Below, piece after piece: positions 25,580 to 28,799 of a stretch of DNA of 28,799 nucleotides. Within the stretch, counting starts at the first letter, position 1. Every line of letters starts with the position of its first letter. The stretch lies in the IMG/VR virus record IMGVR_UViG_3300037202_000055, positions 1 to 28,799 of that record. One strand, written 5' to 3'. Source of the stretch: a virus. Its lineage: Duplodnaviria > Caudoviricetes. The translations under genes and the position numbers were made by a program. The notes beneath the pieces were generated by a model. It did no database searches. It saw nothing but the letters and a program-made list of their open reading frames with translations, and was not told the origin of the DNA.

Positions 25580-25869
25580 TAGCAATAGCACACACAGCGG
25601 GGCCATGGATCGTCGCGCGACGCGACGCCGATATAGGCGGTTTTACGATTGAGATTGGTCCCGGAAAATTGCCGGTAGCGATCGTGCCGAATAACCGACG
25701 TGGCGAACCGGAGGCTGGAGCGAATGCAGCTCTGATTGGAGCTGCACCGGATATGCTCGACGCATTAAGGCTCATCGCGAATGCAATATGCGCCTCAGCG
25801 CGCGAGATCAATTCTTTCGACATGAAATATGTTCTGGACGCAATTGCAAAAGCGGAGGTGATGTCTTGA
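25576..25869 (+). CDS. Conserved phage hypothetical protein
   Basis: HTAGPW...ANAALIGAAPDMLDAL...AIAKA matches the common HTPGPW/ANARLIAAAP family. Confidence 0.82.
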   Translation: MIAIAHTAGPWIVARRDADIGGFTIEIGPGKLPVAIVPNNRRGEPEAGANAALIGAAPDMLDALRLIANAICASAREINSFDMKYVLDAIAKAEVMS

Positions 25870-25922
25870 GCAACCGAGCAAGACGGTTTGAACAAAACCC
25901 TCACCGAAGCGGAGGCCGCGTG

Positions 25923-26090
25923 ATGCAACTCGAACGGCATACATGGAACGCCTGCGACGATCTGGTCGATAGATTTTGCACGGGCCACATCAATGAAACG
26001 GATTTCGTCGAGCGCGGACTCGCACTTGGAATGCCCCATGAGGAATTGACGGATCTGATCGGCGACGTCCGCAAAGAGGATGGAATCTGA
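25923..26090 (+). CDS. Hypothetical protein
   Basis: SD GGAGG; MQLERHTWNACDDLV... Confidence 0.65.
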   Translation: MQLERHTWNACDDLVDRFCTGHINETDFVERGLALGMPHEELTDLIGDVRKEDGI

Positions 26091-26917
26091 TGCGCATTGC
26101 GACGAAGAAAAAAGCCGCAGCGGAAATCGTCGCCGAAAAACCGAAGGACGTTTTGCTGCCGATAGTTTCGATCAAGGGCTTCGACGCGAATCTTCGATGT
26201 CGCGGATTTCAATTCGAGATCGGCAAGACCTACACCGTCTCCGGAAAAATTAAGGCTTGCGAAAACGGCTTTCACGCCTGCCCGGTTGATGAGCATCCGC
26301 TATCGGTTTTGGAATATTACCCGGCGACTTCGCGATTCTTTGAAGTTGTCCAAGATGGCAAACGAGATGTCGAGGGAACAAAACTCGCTTCTGCATCAAT
26401 CACCATCGGCGTCGAAATTTCAATCAGCGACCTCGCAGCGCGTGCGGTGAAATGGGTTTTTGATCGCGCAAATTGGAAAGATGGGCCGGTCGCGACTGGA
26501 GACAATGAAGGTGCCACCGCATCGGGCTACAGAGGCGCGGCCACCGCATCGGGCCACAGCGGCGCGGCCACCGCATCGGGCTACAGAGGCGCGGCCACCG
26601 CATCGGGCGACAGCGGCGCGGCCACCGCATCGGGCGACAGCGGCGCGGCCACCGCATCGGGCTACAGCGGCGCGGCCACCGCATCGGGCCACAGCGGCGC
26701 GGCCACCGCATCGGGCGACAGAGGCGCGGCCACCGCATCGGGCTACGCCGGAAAGGCGCGCGGGACCATCGGCTGCGCTCTCTTCCTTGTCCATCGCGAC
26801 GACAATTGGAAAATAGCGAAAGTTTGGGCCGGCATCGTCGGCGAAAACGGCATCAGGCCGGATACCTGGTATTCGCTGGATTCAGATGGCGCTCCGATCG
26901 AAGCGGAAGGTGTCTGA
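26090..26917 (+). CDS. Phage protein with KGFD..L.CRGFQ/GFHAC domain (DUF7666-like) and GAATASG repeats
   Basis: IKGFDANLRCRGFQFEIGKTY...CENGFHAC; nine 9-aa repeats; C-terminal VGENGIRPDTWYSL. Confidence 0.88.
   Translation: MRIATKKKAAAEIVAEKPKDVLLPIVSIKGFDANLRCRGFQFEIGKTYTVSGKIKACENGFHACPVDEHPLSVLEYYPATSRFFEVVQDGKRDVEGTKLASASITIGVEISISDLAARAVKWVFDRANWKDGPVATGDNEGATASGYRGAATASGHSGAATASGYRGAATASGDSGAATASGDSGAATASGYSGAATASGHSGAATASGDRGAATASGYAGKARGTIGCALFLVHRDDNWKIAKVWAGIVGENGIRPDTWYSLDSDGAPIEAEGV
26507..26749 (+). repeat. 27-bp tandem repeat x9 (first copy degenerate)
   Basis: GGCGCGGCCACCGCATCGGGC-(T/C/G)AC-AG(A/C); full units start at 26534 and every 27 bp through 26723. Confidence 0.97.
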
Positions 26918-27201
26918 TGCGCGAACCCTCCGAAAAGTTGCAAAGCGCGGCGCAAGCCATTTCAACGGCCGTCATGGTTTTGAAAATGGAACAGCCGACG
27001 TTCGAAGCGATGATCGAAGAGTGTCGCGACATGGAGGATTTCGGCCACATCGTCAACCCGACGCTCTACAACAGCTCGGAGCGCAAAGCCGTTAGCGCGC
27101 TTTTAGAGCCGCTATTTAAATCGGCCATTGCATTCATCGCAGCTTATGAGGCGCACATCGCGCAAGCCAGGGCTGCGCTCGCAAAAGTTGGGACTGCCTG
27201 A
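26917..27201 (+). CDS. Hypothetical protein
   Basis: TGATG overlap; MREPSEKLQ... Confidence 0.7.
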   Translation: MREPSEKLQSAAQAISTAVMVLKMEQPTFEAMIEECRDMEDFGHIVNPTLYNSSERKAVSALLEPLFKSAIAFIAAYEAHIAQARAALAKVGTA

Positions 27202-27202
27202 A

Positions 27203-27901
27203 ATGCCCAGCACCACAACTAGCATCAGCTCCGCCGCTAACGTCTCGCCCGAGATGGCGAGACTGTTGCGCGCAGGCGTTTCGGACGGGATCGGCATAAT
27301 CTGCCGGCCGGGCCAGGTGCGGAAGTTCTGGCCTATCTTGCGCGAGGCCGAACGGCTGGGATATCTGCGGTTTCTCGATATCGAACGGCCATGGATCACA
27401 GATGAAGGTCGCGCGGCGATCGGCGCGCCTTCGCAAGTGGACGCCGATTATGCGCGTCTTGTTCTACTTTGCCGCGGTGCCCGTAAACCGCTGGTGCCAG
27501 CGAAGCGCGACGATCCACGGACGGACTTTGATTATCGCTCGTATAGCGCGGCAGGTTACGTCTGCATCCTTGCCGTGAAGGCTCCGGATGACCGGCTGCA
27601 GCCGCACACGATCAAGATCATCGTTCCTAATTCGTCGCGGACGCAAGGCCTCGGCGGCGATAACTCGATTATCCAACCGGAAAGTGAAGGACGATTCGTT
27701 GTCGCCGTTGTGCCGGACTGGCTACAGAAGCTAACCGGACTTCCAACCTACGCGATGCCGCTTTCGGAGGATGAATACTGGACCGATCCCGAGCGCGCGA
27801 CCTGGGATCGGCTGCGGTCCGTCTGCATCAGCATCAATTCGCGAATTCGAAATTCGAATCGGGCTGCGCCAGAGCGCCGGAGATTTGGTGAAAACGCTTA
27901 A
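27203..27901 (+). CDS. Hypothetical protein (possible N-terminal wHTH)
   Basis: ATG 1 nt after the previous stop; LREAERLGYL...WITDEGRAA. Confidence 0.7.
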   Translation: MPSTTTSISSAANVSPEMARLLRAGVSDGIGIICRPGQVRKFWPILREAERLGYLRFLDIERPWITDEGRAAIGAPSQVDADYARLVLLCRGARKPLVPAKRDDPRTDFDYRSYSAAGYVCILAVKAPDDRLQPHTIKIIVPNSSRTQGLGGDNSIIQPESEGRFVVAVVPDWLQKLTGLPTYAMPLSEDEYWTDPERATWDRLRSVCISINSRIRNSNRAAPERRRFGENA

Positions 27902-27936
27902 CGAGGCAACGCGGCATAGCCGCAAAGGAGAGAGAA

Positions 27937-28200
27937 ATGCATAAGAGTTTTGATCTGCTAGGGCACCGCGTTCGTGACGTTATCACTAACCTGGAAGGCG
28001 TCTGCGATTCCATCTGCTTCGATCTTTACGGCTGCATTCAAGGATCTGTACGGCCGAGTGGATACACAGAAAACGGCGAGATGAAACCCGCCCATTGGTA
28101 CGACGTCAAGCGCCTGATCGTCATCAGCACCGCACCTTTGATGCCGGTCCCAAATTTCTCCATACCGGAAATCGGACCCGCCGACAAAGCACCGCGCTGA
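27937..28200 (+). CDS. Conserved phage hypothetical protein
   Basis: SD AAGGAG; LG.RVRD.IT..EGV......LYGC.Q..V.P...W.D..RL. Confidence 0.8.
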   Translation: MHKSFDLLGHRVRDVITNLEGVCDSICFDLYGCIQGSVRPSGYTENGEMKPAHWYDVKRLIVISTAPLMPVPNFSIPEIGPADKAPR

Positions 28201-28244
28201 TTTCAGACGCGTCCCACATCCGCCATCTCAAGGAATATCACGGC

Positions 28245-28469
28245 ATGAGCAATTTATTCCGCCTTCCCATCGCTTCCGAAGATGTTGCCTTTGAATTTGG
28301 CAAAGAGATTTATGGAGCCCGGCTTGATCCATCCGATCCGGAGATCTGTTTTAATTTTCTCTATACGCAATTCCCTGAGCGCTGGCGCGAAGTCATGGCG
28401 AACATGGACGGCGCAATCTATGCGGCCGGTCAAATGTATATCGACGCTGAAATGAGAAGGGCTGGTTGA
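28245..28469 (+). CDS. Hypothetical protein
   Basis: AAGGA upstream; start placed at 28245. Confidence 0.6.
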   Translation: MSNLFRLPIASEDVAFEFGKEIYGARLDPSDPEICFNFLYTQFPERWREVMANMDGAIYAAGQMYIDAEMRRAG

Positions 28470-28799
28470 TGACCCTCCGCGGCGAACAGCGCCAGGAATT
28501 TAGCCAGAAGGTTCGCAAGGCGGCCTTCGCGCGCTGCTGCATCGCGGGCATTCCGCACTGTGAAAACTGCGGAATCGAACTGAAATCGGGGAACATCGAA
28601 TATGAGCATCTTGAAGCCGATGGTTTGGGCGGCGCGGCTACGCTTGAAAATTGCGGCGTGTGGTGCCGTTCGTCTTGCTCAAAAAAGAAAACGCATACCG
28701 AGGACAATCCGAGAATGCAAAAGGCCGATCGTGTGTTGAAGGCGTCCTACGGGCTGCGGGCGAGTCGGCAGAAAATACAGTCCGCCGGATTTCGCAGGG
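28469..28799 (+). CDS. HNH-family endonuclease, truncated by the window edge
   Basis: Not in the ORF track. MTLRGEQRQEFSQKVRKAAF...CENCG...EYEH..ADGLGG.ATLENC.VWC..SC..KKT. Confidence 0.82.
   Translation, partial: MTLRGEQRQEFSQKVRKAAFARCCIAGIPHCENCGIELKSGNIEYEHLEADGLGGAATLENCGVWCRSSCSKKKTHTEDNPRMQKADRVLKASYGLRASRQKIQSAGFRR

Larger units (their letters stand above)
1..28799. mobile_element. HK97-like (pro)phage genome segment
   Basis: Head/packaging module, replication and early genes in lambdoid order. No host genes, integrase or att site in the window. Confidence 0.95.

Noticed and set aside
26507-26749. CRISPR array or DGR-like variable repeat
   Set aside because: Units are contiguous and in frame with only 6 variable nt. 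There are no spacers, cas genes, reverse transcriptase or template/variable repeat pair.
26420-26816. Alternative-frame repeat ORFs over the 27-bp array
   Set aside because: The repeat unit has no stop codons in those frames, so they are by-products.
1-28799. Gene transfer agent or satellite rather than a phage
   Set aside because: Its own replication initiator, early operons and an HNH/P27 cos-type packaging module indicate a true phage.

Overview
A 28.8 kb segment of an HK97-like tailed (pro)phage with an alphaproteobacterial, Rhizobiales-like gene set. The minus strand (24.7 kb to 1) runs through CII-like HTH genes, cell-cycle-regulator homologues (GcrA, DnaA C-terminal domain, GapR), an MT-A70 methyltransferase, DUF4326/DUF1937/TSCPD-like genes, HNH-AP2 and GIY-YIG nucleases, a replication initiator, an Mrr-domain nuclease, a NusG paralogue and a structured non-coding region. 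It then reaches the head module: HNH, terS, terL, portal, a capsid-like gene, HNH, protease and the start of a probable second capsid gene. The plus strand (24.85 kb onward) is the divergent early operon of small genes, including a 9-aa tandem-repeat protein and a truncated HNH. The main observations are: (1) many accessory genes are individually bracketed by 10-29 bp direct repeats at stop/start junctions, including a nested 2.6 kb cassette in which the Mrr nuclease shares its first codons with nusG; (2) there appear to be two capsid genes; (3) no CI/Cro pair is visible at the divergence point; (4) a CtrA-type box, direct repeats and several RNA structures lie upstream of the late genes. All family assignments come from motif recognition by eye; no searches were run.
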